From an uncultured Weeksellaceae bacterium (GTDB lineage Bacteria; Bacteroidota; Bacteroidia; Flavobacteriales_D; UBA2798), in contig CAYWRZ010000005.1 of the NCBI GenBank assembly GCA_964460845.1, positions 95,644-159,643 on the forward strand: 64,000 nt of DNA, in the 5' to 3' direction. This document shows, piece by piece, positions 55,973 through 64,000 of the stretch (within the stretch, counting starts at the first letter, position 1; every line of letters starts with the position of its first letter). Made by a program: the position numbers and the translations under genes. Under the pieces are notes generated by a model. The model ran no database searches. It was not told the DNA's origin and saw only the letters and a list, made by a program, of their open reading frames with translations.

Positions 55973-58240
55973 ATGAAAGGTCTTTTACTGTTCGGAATTC
56001 TACTACTAAGCAGCTACGCGCAACGCGCAGAAGCGCAATACGGCAGCCTTAGCGGTAAAGTACGCAGCGAAGGCCGAGGCGTGGAATACGCCAACGTAGG
56101 CATCCTGAAGCTCGGCTTAGGCACCTCGACCGATACGGCCGGAAATTTCCGCATAGAAAAAATCCCTTACGGCACCTACAGCCTCAAAATAAGCTGCGTG
56201 GGATACCTGCCCTATCGCCGCGAAATTACGATCAGCAGTAGCGAACCTTTACAATTGACTATAAATCTCCAGGCTGCCGAATCTTCGCTCGGAGAAGTGG
56301 TGGTTACCGGCACCTTAAAAGAGGTAAGCCGTGCCGATAGCCCGGTGCCGGTCGAAATTATTACCCCGCAACTGTTTCGAAAAAATCCTACGCCCAGCCT
56401 GTTCGAAGCGGTGGGCATGGTCAATGGCGTACAACCGCAAATTAACTGCAACGTATGCAATACCGGCGATATTCACATCAACGGAATGGAAGGTCCCTAT
56501 ACGATGATACTGATCGACGGAATGCCGATTGTGAGCGGCCTCTCGACGGTATATGGACTGAGCGGTATTCCGAACAGCTTAGTAGAACGTATCGAAGTGG
56601 TAAAAGGGCCCGCTTCTTCTCTTTACGGTTCGGAAGCCATGGGTGGAATTATCAATGTGATTACCAAAAATCCGTTGCGGGCACCGCTCGTAAGTGCCGA
56701 TGTCTTTGCCACCGGATGGGGCGAATACAATGCCGATGCCTCGGTAAAGTTCAAAGCAGGAAAAGCCGTTTCGTTGCTGGGTGTAAACTACTTTACGTAT
56801 CAAAATCGGCACGATAAGAACCACGACGGATTTACGGATTTGCCTTTGCAAAATCGGGTTTCGGTCTTTCAGAAATGGAATTTTGAGCGAAAAAACGATC
56901 GTGTGGCGAGCCTGGCCGCAAGGTATGTCTATGAAGATCGCTGGGGCGGCGAAACGCGCTGGAATCAACGTTGGCGAGGCAGCGATAGCATTTACGGCGA
57001 AAGCATTTTCACCAACCGCGCCGAAATAATCGGACAATACCAGCTTCCGGTAAAGGAAAAAATCATGGCGCAGCTTTCGTACAACTACCACCTGCAGGAT
57101 TCGTGGTACGGCAATACACCCTATTACGCACAGCAGCAGGTCGCCTTCGGACAGCTCTATTGGGATAAAAAGCTGAACGAAGCGCACAGTATGCTACTCG
57201 GCACTTCGTTCCGTTATACGTATTACGACGACAATACGCCGGGTACCGCCTCGGCCGACAGCCTGCATCCGCAAAACGCACCCATGCGCACGCCCCTGCC
57301 CGGACTTTTTGTGCAAGACGAATGGGCTTTCCATCCGAAACAAGTCCTGCTGGCCGGGTACCGCTACGATTACGACCGAAACCACGGCAGCATTCATTCG
57401 CCACGACTGGCTTACAAGCTCTCGCCCAACGAGCGCAATACGATACGCGCCAGCGCAGGAACCGGCTTCAGGGTAGTCAACCTCTTTACCGAAGACCATG
57501 CCGCATTGAGCGGAGCCCGTGAAGTGGTCATCACCGAAAAGCTCAATCCTGAACGTTCGTTCAACAGCAACCTGAACTACACTCTTTCGGTACCGACCGA
57601 AAAAGTATTGCTTCATTTCGACCTTACGGGATTTTATTCGTATTTCAGCAATAAAATAGTAGGCGATTTCGACACCGATCCGCGAAAAATTATTTACGAT
57701 AATCTTCGCGGGCATGCCATCTCGCAGGGCGTATCGCTGAACACGGATCTAACTTTTCGTTTTCCACTAAAAATAAGCACAGGCATTACCTATATGGACG
57801 TATGGCTGAACGAAGAAAACGAAGCGGGAAACCTGGAGCGGATACAGCAACTACACGCTCCCCGCTGGTCGGGCACCTTTGTGATCAGCTATGCCCTACC
57901 CGCCAATTTCACCGTCGATTTTACCGGGCGTTGGACAGGCCCCATGCGATTACCCGTGCTCCCCGACGATTACCGCCCCGAATATTCACCCTGGTTTTGC
58001 ATAGCGAACATTCAGCTTACCAAAAAATTAGCCGGAGGCTGGGAATTTTACGGGGGTGTAAAAAACCTGCTTAATTTCGTACCCCGCAACCCGATCATGC
58101 GCCCCTTCGATCCCTTCGACAAGCTGGCCAACGACCCGATTGCTAATCCTTACGGCTATACTTTCGATCCCAGCTACAATTATACTTCCCTGCAAGGCAC
58201 ACGCATGTTTGTAGGGGTACGGTATAATTTGTCGAGGTGA
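55973..58240 (+). CDS. TonB-dependent receptor with N-terminal carboxypeptidase-regulatory-like domain
   Basis: Signal peptide. GSLSGKVRSEG...YSLKISCVGY (CarboxypepD_reg-like). Plug motifs IEVVKGPASSLYGSEAMGGIINVITK. C-terminal beta-barrel ending in an aromatic-rich strand. Confidence 0.9.
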   Translation: MKGLLLFGILLLSSYAQRAEAQYGSLSGKVRSEGRGVEYANVGILKLGLGTSTDTAGNFRIEKIPYGTYSLKISCVGYLPYRREITISSSEPLQLTINLQAAESSLGEVVVTGTLKEVSRADSPVPVEIITPQLFRKNPTPSLFEAVGMVNGVQPQINCNVCNTGDIHINGMEGPYTMILIDGMPIVSGLSTVYGLSGIPNSLVERIEVVKGPASSLYGSEAMGGIINVITKNPLRAPLVSADVFATGWGEYNADASVKFKAGKAVSLLGVNYFTYQNRHDKNHDGFTDLPLQNRVSVFQKWNFERKNDRVASLAARYVYEDRWGGETRWNQRWRGSDSIYGESIFTNRAEIIGQYQLPVKEKIMAQLSYNYHLQDSWYGNTPYYAQQQVAFGQLYWDKKLNEAHSMLLGTSFRYTYYDDNTPGTASADSLHPQNAPMRTPLPGLFVQDEWAFHPKQVLLAGYRYDYDRNHGSIHSPRLAYKLSPNERNTIRASAGTGFRVVNLFTEDHAALSGAREVVITEKLNPERSFNSNLNYTLSVPTEKVLLHFDLTGFYSYFSNKIVGDFDTDPRKIIYDNLRGHAISQGVSLNTDLTFRFPLKISTGITYMDVWLNEENEAGNLERIQQLHAPRWSGTFVISYALPANFTVDFTGRWTGPMRLPVLPDDYRPEYSPWFCIANIQLTKKLAGGWEFYGGVKNLLNFVPRNPIMRPFDPFDKLANDPIANPYGYTFDPSYNYTSLQGTRMFVGVRYNLSR

Positions 58241-58296
58241 AGCCTGATGCCGCTATCGAGCAAAGTCAATTAGGTTTCTTCTACGCTAAAAACAGG

Positions 58297-59352
58297 TTAA
58301 ATCCCCAAAAAACGGAAAGGTTCGGCCTTCACAAAGCGAGCAGAAGTTTCACCGGAGTGAATTTCGGTCAATCCTACTTTGAGCATACGAACCCCGCTTT
58401 TAGTGGCGAAATCAATTTTTTTCAAATCGACCCAAAACGTATTGGGTGTAACGGCTGTTTCGAAATAATACACCAGGTTTTTCTGATCAGCTACCACACG
58501 CCACTGAGTAGTCGAAAGATTGGGAAATCCTTCTATCGAAATGCCGTAGGGCACCGACACGTTGCGCACCACGCTAAGCACTGCCGCCACCGCAATCTTA
58601 ATATTATCGGTTTGGGGAATGGCATTGATGTAATAATGCGCGCGCACATAGCGATCAGAAGCATTATTGGTACCCGGTAAAAATATCTTTCCGGGAATGC
58701 CCTGCCAATAACGGTTAATTGCCAATTGCTCCTCGTAAGACGGATCATTGGTCATGACAGTATAAGAAGGATCATGATGAATTACCAGCTTACCGCCTAT
58801 GTATTCAAAAATGGCATTGTCGCCCGAGGCATCAGAGAGCGAGAGGTGTACGGTGGTAAATTTATCCGTTCCGGGAATAAAATCAGAAACAATTACAAAT
58901 TCTTCGCGCCCTAATGTTTCTACCGCTTCGGCCACAGTGGCAAAATTATCGAGCGCGTACTGCGCCCAGGCAGCAATGGTAAGTCCTTTTTTACTCCCTT
59001 CTTTCTCAAATGTCGGATACTCCGATTGCACCAGCCAAAGCAGGTTAGCGACCAGGCCTTTTTCATTCATACCGTCGGGCGTGGCAATATCCCACGAACT
59101 GGCGGCCACACTGCCGTAACGGGAAGTCCACTCGATAGAGTTGGGCCCTACTTCGCCGTGGCGTTTCATCCCTCTTGGAAAAACCCAAAGGTTAGCGGGA
59201 ATATCGATCGAAAAATCCATACTGCGCCCCGTGATAATGGTCTGACCGGGACCTTTATATACTACACGGGTACAAGCTTCTGCTTCGACAGAAAAAGTAC
59301 TGAAAACACATACCGCAAGGGCTGTGTATAGAAGTGCATTAAATGATTTCAT
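58297..59352 (-). CDS. linear amide C-N hydrolase, choloylglycine hydrolase (Ntn, penicillin V acylase/BSH) family
   Basis: Signal peptide followed by the nucleophile context EACTRVVYKG. About 330-aa mature length. Confidence 0.8.
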   Translation of the reverse strand: MKSFNALLYTALAVCVFSTFSVEAEACTRVVYKGPGQTIITGRSMDFSIDIPANLWVFPRGMKRHGEVGPNSIEWTSRYGSVAASSWDIATPDGMNEKGLVANLLWLVQSEYPTFEKEGSKKGLTIAAWAQYALDNFATVAEAVETLGREEFVIVSDFIPGTDKFTTVHLSLSDASGDNAIFEYIGGKLVIHHDPSYTVMTNDPSYEEQLAINRYWQGIPGKIFLPGTNNASDRYVRAHYYINAIPQTDNIKIAVAAVLSVVRNVSVPYGISIEGFPNLSTTQWRVVADQKNLVYYFETAVTPNTFWVDLKKIDFATKSGVRMLKVGLTEIHSGETSARFVKAEPFRFLGI

Positions 59353-59490
59353 ACTGAATACGTTTTTAGTTATTACTCCGATATTTTACCTCTATTTTTG
59401 GCTTTGCTATACAGCCTGAATCTACAGCCGAGACACTATTTATATAGCTGTATTTCAATATTAAAACTAAATATAGTACGAAAAAGGCAT

Positions 59491-59515
59491 AAAAAAAATG
59501 CGCCGGTGGCGCATT
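59491..59515 (-). terminator. intrinsic terminator of the SOD gene
   Basis: Minus strand shows AATGCGCC-ACC-GGCGCATT followed by TTTTTTTT, about 25 nt after the stop. Confidence 0.6.
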
Positions 59516-59540
59516 TTCTATAAAAGTTCAGGAAAGAAAA

Positions 59541-60317
59541 TCAGCGGGAAAGCGCTTTGCTGTAATTTTCACCGACCACGTTCCAATCGAGTACTTCAAA
59601 AAACGCGTTGATATAGTCGGGGCGTTTGTTCTGATAGCGTAGGTAATACGCGTGTTCCCACACGTCGATACCGAGAATGGGCGTACCGGCAATGTCGAGT
59701 CCGGGCATGAGCGGATTATCCTGATTGGCCGTGCTGCCTACGGCAAGCTGACCGTTAGAGGTCACCACCAGCCAGGCCCAGCCCGATCCAAAACGTTTGG
59801 AAGCCGCTTCGGAAAGCTTATCTTTCAAGGCTTCGAACGAGCCAAACTCTTTGTGGATCGCTTCGGCCAGCGTTCCTGAAGGTTGCCCGCCGCCCTGAGG
59901 ACTCAGGATTGCAAAATACAACCTATGGTTGTAGTAGCCGCCTCCGTTGTTGCGCAGGGTAGCATTGCTCATATCGAGCCCTTTCAAAATTTCTTCGATC
60001 GACTGAGAAGCCTGAGCTTTGCCCTGTATCTCTTTGTTCAGGTTATTGGTGTACCCGAGGTAATGCTTAGAATAATGCACTTCCATGGTTTTCGCATCGA
60101 TCGCTTTTTCCAAATCGGCATAACCGTAGTGAAGCGGTTCGAGCTGAAAAGGGCCGCTGTCGGTTTTCACATCGGCTGGATTGCCAACAGGTTCTGCGGT
60201 GCTTGCTTCCTGCTTATTGATATTGGGCTGTGGAGTGGGATCCTTCGCTGATTGCTGACAGGATTGTATGCCGAAAACCAGCACAAAAGCACTTAGTATG
60301 TACGTTATCTTTTTCAT
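59541..60317 (-). CDS. Fe/Mn superoxide dismutase with N-terminal lipoprotein-type signal and linker
   Basis: LEPLHYGYADLEKAIDAKTMEVHYSKHY and DVWEHAYYL motifs. N-terminal MKKITYILSAFVLVFGIQSC plus a ~35-aa low-complexity linker. Confidence 0.93.
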   Translation of the reverse strand: MKKITYILSAFVLVFGIQSCQQSAKDPTPQPNINKQEASTAEPVGNPADVKTDSGPFQLEPLHYGYADLEKAIDAKTMEVHYSKHYLGYTNNLNKEIQGKAQASQSIEEILKGLDMSNATLRNNGGGYYNHRLYFAILSPQGGGQPSGTLAEAIHKEFGSFEALKDKLSEAASKRFGSGWAWLVVTSNGQLAVGSTANQDNPLMPGLDIAGTPILGIDVWEHAYYLRYQNKRPDYINAFFEVLDWNVVGENYSKALSR

Positions 60318-60432
60318 GGTAATGACAATTTGGATTTCTTCAAAGTTAAAGGAAATACGCGGGTAATCCTATCTAAATGCGGGTGCTTTCAAGGCTATAC
60401 ACAAGGCTTTTTCGCCTTCCGAACGTACGCAC

Positions 60433-60900
60433 TCAATTATAATCATTCCACCTTACATAAGGCGCCGGTTCATCGAGGTAATCCCATTGAAGAAACAGGG
60501 TGTCTTTGGTTACAGAAGTAATTTTACCTTGTTTCACCTTGTCGGGACAGAGCACCGTGAGCTGATCGCCGATAAGTAAATAGAGCATGTTGCCATCACC
60601 ATCATAATCAACTATGCGGAAGGATTGCCTTGAAATCACAAAATCGGCATGAGGCGCTTCAATATCGTACACCCATATATCAAAAAGCAGGCTGGTATCG
60701 AGGTCGGTCTCTATCACCGAACGTAATTCCCTCTTGTCCGCCTCAGCGAAGAACTCCCGCTCGAAGGCATCCGGATCGTTCTCGTCAACCTGCGTTAACG
60801 TATCGGGCTTCTCATTACCGGAATACACCTGCTCAGGATTCGTATTACAGGCCGTTATCAGCAACACGGCAAGCAAACTTGCAGGAAATAACAATTTCAT
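60433..60900 (-). CDS. hypothetical lipoprotein
   Basis: Lipobox LLITAC. No family recognised. Confidence 0.5.
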   Translation of the reverse strand: MKLLFPASLLAVLLITACNTNPEQVYSGNEKPDTLTQVDENDPDAFEREFFAEADKRELRSVIETDLDTSLLFDIWVYDIEAPHADFVISRQSFRIVDYDGDGNMLYLLIGDQLTVLCPDKVKQGKITSVTKDTLFLQWDYLDEPAPYVRWNDYN

Positions 60901-61222
60901 ACAGACGATCGTTTTTTAGGAAAAAAGAATGTTGATTTTTTCGAAAATACTGTTTTTTTACCAGTAAGAAATAAGTAATCTTTTTTTGTACGAAGCGGCA
61001 AATAACGCTCCTTTTTTTCTACCGGCTTACAAAATAGATTTCGGATTTTACACTTTTTTTGACTTCACCCTTCCAAAACATCCGTATAATAAGGATTACA
61101 GGCCGTATTCATTTTTTTCACCGGAATTTTATGTAACTTGAAACATCCGCGATCAGAGAGAAAAAAGAAGCTTCGGCAGGCATTTCGGAAAAAAATATCG
61201 TATCCATTTATCATTCAAACAG

Positions 61223-61729
61223 ATGAAAACTCTTTTATCTAGCATACCTGCAATTTTATTCCTGAGCTTCTTAAGCGCCTGCGGCACTTCTGTATCTGAG
61301 ACGGAACCGGAATTACAGCCCGTCCAGGAGCAGACTACGCCCACCGACAGTGTGGAAGTTTCTGAAGAAACCATAGCCATAACCACATTCGAAGATTTAC
61401 CACTTGAATTTATCGACTGCACCTGCGTTTTTGCGCACCACACCGACGAGTTGAAAAAAGGCAGGTACATCTATGTAAGCAATTTCAATGAAACTGCTTA
61501 TATGATTATCAACGGCGAACGGGTAAAATTCACGCAAACCTTTTACGAAGAATCGGAAGGAAAAACCACGGAAAAGTCCGACAGTGAACTTTACACGCTC
61601 ACTGTCGAAACGCTGCAACAAGAAAGTACAGGCAAAGGATCGCTGCTTCACACAAGCGGCAGCCTGACCCTCACCAACAAAAAGGGCGAAAGCATGACCT
61701 GGCCTTTTTACGGAGAATGCGGTTGCTAA
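61223..61729 (+). CDS. hypothetical lipoprotein
   Basis: Lipobox FLSAC. Ends in CGC. No family recognised. Confidence 0.5.
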   Translation: MKTLLSSIPAILFLSFLSACGTSVSETEPELQPVQEQTTPTDSVEVSEETIAITTFEDLPLEFIDCTCVFAHHTDELKKGRYIYVSNFNETAYMIINGERVKFTQTFYEESEGKTTEKSDSELYTLTVETLQQESTGKGSLLHTSGSLTLTNKKGESMTWPFYGECGC

Positions 61730-61888
61730 TCTGTACGATTCTGAAGCATTCTCTTGATTCGGCATTCGCAGTCGAAGCGCTACCTTATCTCGGTTTTCCC
61801 TGTAACGCGAGCGGGTTAACACCAGCATCCATACGGCGATCAATCACAACTGCGCGATCGCGTCGGGCAGGATAAAGACCGCCTGCCT

Positions 61889-63970
61889 TTAGCTAAACTT
61901 CATGCGCTGTATGCGTACGGCGTTGAGAATGGCCAGCAGCGCCACGCCCACGTCGGCAAACACGGCTTCCCACATGGTAGCCAGTCCGCCGGCGCCCAGC
62001 ACCAGCACTACCGCTTTTACTCCGAATGCCAGCGCGATATTCTGCCAAACTATTTTTTTGGTTTCTTTCCCGATGCGAATGGCCATGGGTATTTTGACGG
62101 GGCGATCGTCCTGAATAACCACATCGGCCGTTTCGATGGTGGCATCGCTGCCCAGTCCGCCCATTGCGATCCCCACATCGCTCAAGGCCACTACCGGCGC
62201 ATCGTTTACCCCATCGCCCACAAAAGCCACCGTCTCGTTTCGGGCTTTTATTTCTTTTACCTTGTTGACCTTATCTTCGGGAAGCAATTCGCCAAAAGCA
62301 TCAGCTATACCGAGCTGCAGAGCCACCTGCTTCACCACCGTCGATTTGTCGCCGCTCAGCATAGTGACCTTTACGCCCATGCGCTGCAAGCGGCTTACCG
62401 CTTCTTTCGAATCTTCTTTGATACGATCGGCAATGGTAATGTAACCCGCAAATTTCTGATCGTAGGCAATGGCAATGACCGTATCCACAATAGCACCCGG
62501 ATCCAGCTCATACGCTACCGAAAATTTATCGAGCAATTTAAAATTGCCGGCCAGCAGCTCTTTCCCCTGCACTTCCGCTTTTAAACCGTGGCCTGCAATT
62601 TCTTCGATCTTATTCAGCCCTATCGTAGCATCCACTTCGCCTACGTACTGATGTATAGCCGTGGCTATAGGGTGCGTGCTGTGGCTTTCAAGGGCATTGA
62701 CCATCGCCAGCATTTGGGCTTTATCTACACCGGGTTGCAGCAGCACCTCCTGCACGCTAAATACGCCTTCGGTGAGGGTTCCGGTCTTGTCGGTCACCAC
62801 ATTTTGTATAGCGGCCAGGCGATCCAAAAAGTTACTGCCTTTGCACAAAATTCCGTTTCGCCCTGCGGCGCCTATGCCTCCGAAATAGCCCAGCGGAATA
62901 CTGATAACCAATGCACAGGGACAAGAAATAACCAAAAATATCAAAGCCCTGTACAGCCATTCGCTAAAGACATACTCAGGCACGAAGAAATAAGGCAGCG
63001 TACAAATCAGCAGGGCCAACACCACGACTATCGGGGTATAGACCTTTGCGAATTTGCGGATAAACAGCTCAGTAGGTGCTTTTTGCGTACTTGCCTCCTG
63101 CACTAATTCCAGAATCCGGGAAAGCTTACTGTCGGTATAGGCGCGGGTTACTTTTACCTGCGCTACCGTTTGCAGGTTGATCATGCCGGCCAGCACCGTT
63201 TCGCCTTTGTATTTGGTATCGGGCTTGCTTTCGCCGGTAAGCGCAGCGGTATTGAACGAAGCGGAGTCAGAGAGCAGCGCTCCGTCGAGTCCTACTTTTT
63301 CGCCGGGTTTTAAGTGGATGATATCGCCAATTTGCGCCTCTTCGGCCCGGATAGTTTCGGCCCGGTTGTTTTTCCATACCGTAACCTGATCGGGACGTTG
63401 GTCGAGTAAGGTTTTGATATTGTGCCTGGCTCTTCTCACGGCCAGGGTTTGAAATACCTCACCTACTGCATAAAACAGCATCACGGCTACCCCTTCAGGA
63501 TATTCTCCGATAGCAAAAGCACCTATCGTAGCGATACTCATCAGAAAAAATTCGGAGAAAATTTCGCCTTTCGCGATACTTCTCACGGCATCTTTTATCA
63601 CGGGAAAGCCTACCGGGACATAAGCTGCTATATACCATACTACCCTAATCCAATCTTTAAACCAGGGCGCGGTAAGCCAATTGTCTATCGCAATAGCCGC
63701 AAGCAGCAATAGCAACGAAATTCCGGCCGGGATAAACAGTTTCCACGCAGCGTTTCCGGGATCGGAATGCGAATGTTCGTCGTGGTCGTGCGTATGCCCA
63801 TCGTGATCCGCTTTCTTTTTTCGGGGAGTAGCGCCCGCCAGTTCTTCGGCATTGGCATAAATTTTCTCTTCCTGTGTACAGCAGAGCTGCCTGCCCTGTG
63901 CGTCATAGCTATGCGTATGATCCATTTTTTCTTTATTATGAACGTTCGACCTTCTAATGGGCGTGTCCAC
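61889..63970 (-). CDS. heavy-metal translocating P1B-type ATPase (Zn/Cd/Co-like) with His-rich N-terminus
   Basis: CPC motif (SCPCALVISIP), DKTGTLT, GDGVNDAP, TGES. N-terminal HDGHTHDHDEHSH. GTG 63970 or ATG 63925 are possible starts. Confidence 0.93.
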   Translation of the reverse strand: MDTPIRRSNVHNKEKMDHTHSYDAQGRQLCCTQEEKIYANAEELAGATPRKKKADHDGHTHDHDEHSHSDPGNAAWKLFIPAGISLLLLLAAIAIDNWLTAPWFKDWIRVVWYIAAYVPVGFPVIKDAVRSIAKGEIFSEFFLMSIATIGAFAIGEYPEGVAVMLFYAVGEVFQTLAVRRARHNIKTLLDQRPDQVTVWKNNRAETIRAEEAQIGDIIHLKPGEKVGLDGALLSDSASFNTAALTGESKPDTKYKGETVLAGMINLQTVAQVKVTRAYTDSKLSRILELVQEASTQKAPTELFIRKFAKVYTPIVVVLALLICTLPYFFVPEYVFSEWLYRALIFLVISCPCALVISIPLGYFGGIGAAGRNGILCKGSNFLDRLAAIQNVVTDKTGTLTEGVFSVQEVLLQPGVDKAQMLAMVNALESHSTHPIATAIHQYVGEVDATIGLNKIEEIAGHGLKAEVQGKELLAGNFKLLDKFSVAYELDPGAIVDTVIAIAYDQKFAGYITIADRIKEDSKEAVSRLQRMGVKVTMLSGDKSTVVKQVALQLGIADAFGELLPEDKVNKVKEIKARNETVAFVGDGVNDAPVVALSDVGIAMGGLGSDATIETADVVIQDDRPVKIPMAIRIGKETKKIVWQNIALAFGVKAVVLVLGAGGLATMWEAVFADVGVALLAILNAVRIQRMKFS

Positions 63971-64000
63971 CGCCTTGATTATTCATTCGGGCCAGCACAA

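Noticed and set aside
56579-57715. Two minus-strand ORFs of 202 and 173 aa
   Set aside because: They are antisense to the TonB-dependent receptor and have an R/G/V-rich shadow composition.
1-64000. Search for CRISPR arrays, rRNA genes, IS elements, integrases and prophage structural genes
   Set aside because: I saw no regularly spaced direct repeats, no rRNA-like sequence, and no ORF with recombinase or transposase (DDE, tyrosine or serine) or capsid/terminase features in the six-frame track.

Overview
This is a 64-kb chromosomal window, probably from a Bacteroidota (Cytophagia/Sphingobacteriia-like) genome. That assignment is an inference from a T9SS-type C-terminal sorting domain, a GWxTD protein, a TonB-dependent receptor with a carboxypeptidase-regulatory-like N-domain, a TAnnTTTG-type promoter box and the overall gene content.

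Positions 1-27.8 kb and about 49.3-64 kb are ordinary housekeeping DNA, roughly 50-60% GC by hand spot counts. Genes there include fumarylacetoacetase, RelA/SpoT, Fur-family, purA, M61 peptidase, an ECF sigma/anti-sigma pair, RecD-like helicase, rsmD, coaD, pyrE, birA, rsfS, ftsH, cdsA, LMW-PTP, GT2, MFS and APC transporters, a TonB-dependent receptor, an Ntn hydrolase, SOD and a P-type metal ATPase.

A mosaic accessory region starts directly after a tRNA-Ser(UGA) at 27896-27980. Parts of it are very AT-rich (about 28-35% GC by spot counts). I could find no integrase or transposase in it. From left to right it contains:
- two tandem sRNA-like units on the minus strand, whose intrinsic-terminator stems covary
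- an orphan pair of a membrane protein and a Cys-rich protein
- an AlkD-like gene and a frameshifted arr (rifampin ADP-ribosyltransferase)
- a polymorphic-toxin locus: a transglutaminase-like paralog, a toxin with a DPDG junction, an immunity lipoprotein, an orphan toxin-tip remnant and a second immunity paralog
- a SIR2-HerA antiphage operon with a tightly coupled third gene encoding a stand-alone KTSC-domain protein
- a 2-TM coiled-coil protein
- a serine hydrolase
- a 911-aa DUF4157-type putative toxin
- WG-repeat, cupin and GNAT genes, including a decayed GNAT fragment

The best candidate for something not yet described is the three-gene SIR2-HerA-KTSC operon together with its neighbours. 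All functional calls rest on motif recognition by eye. No database search was run.
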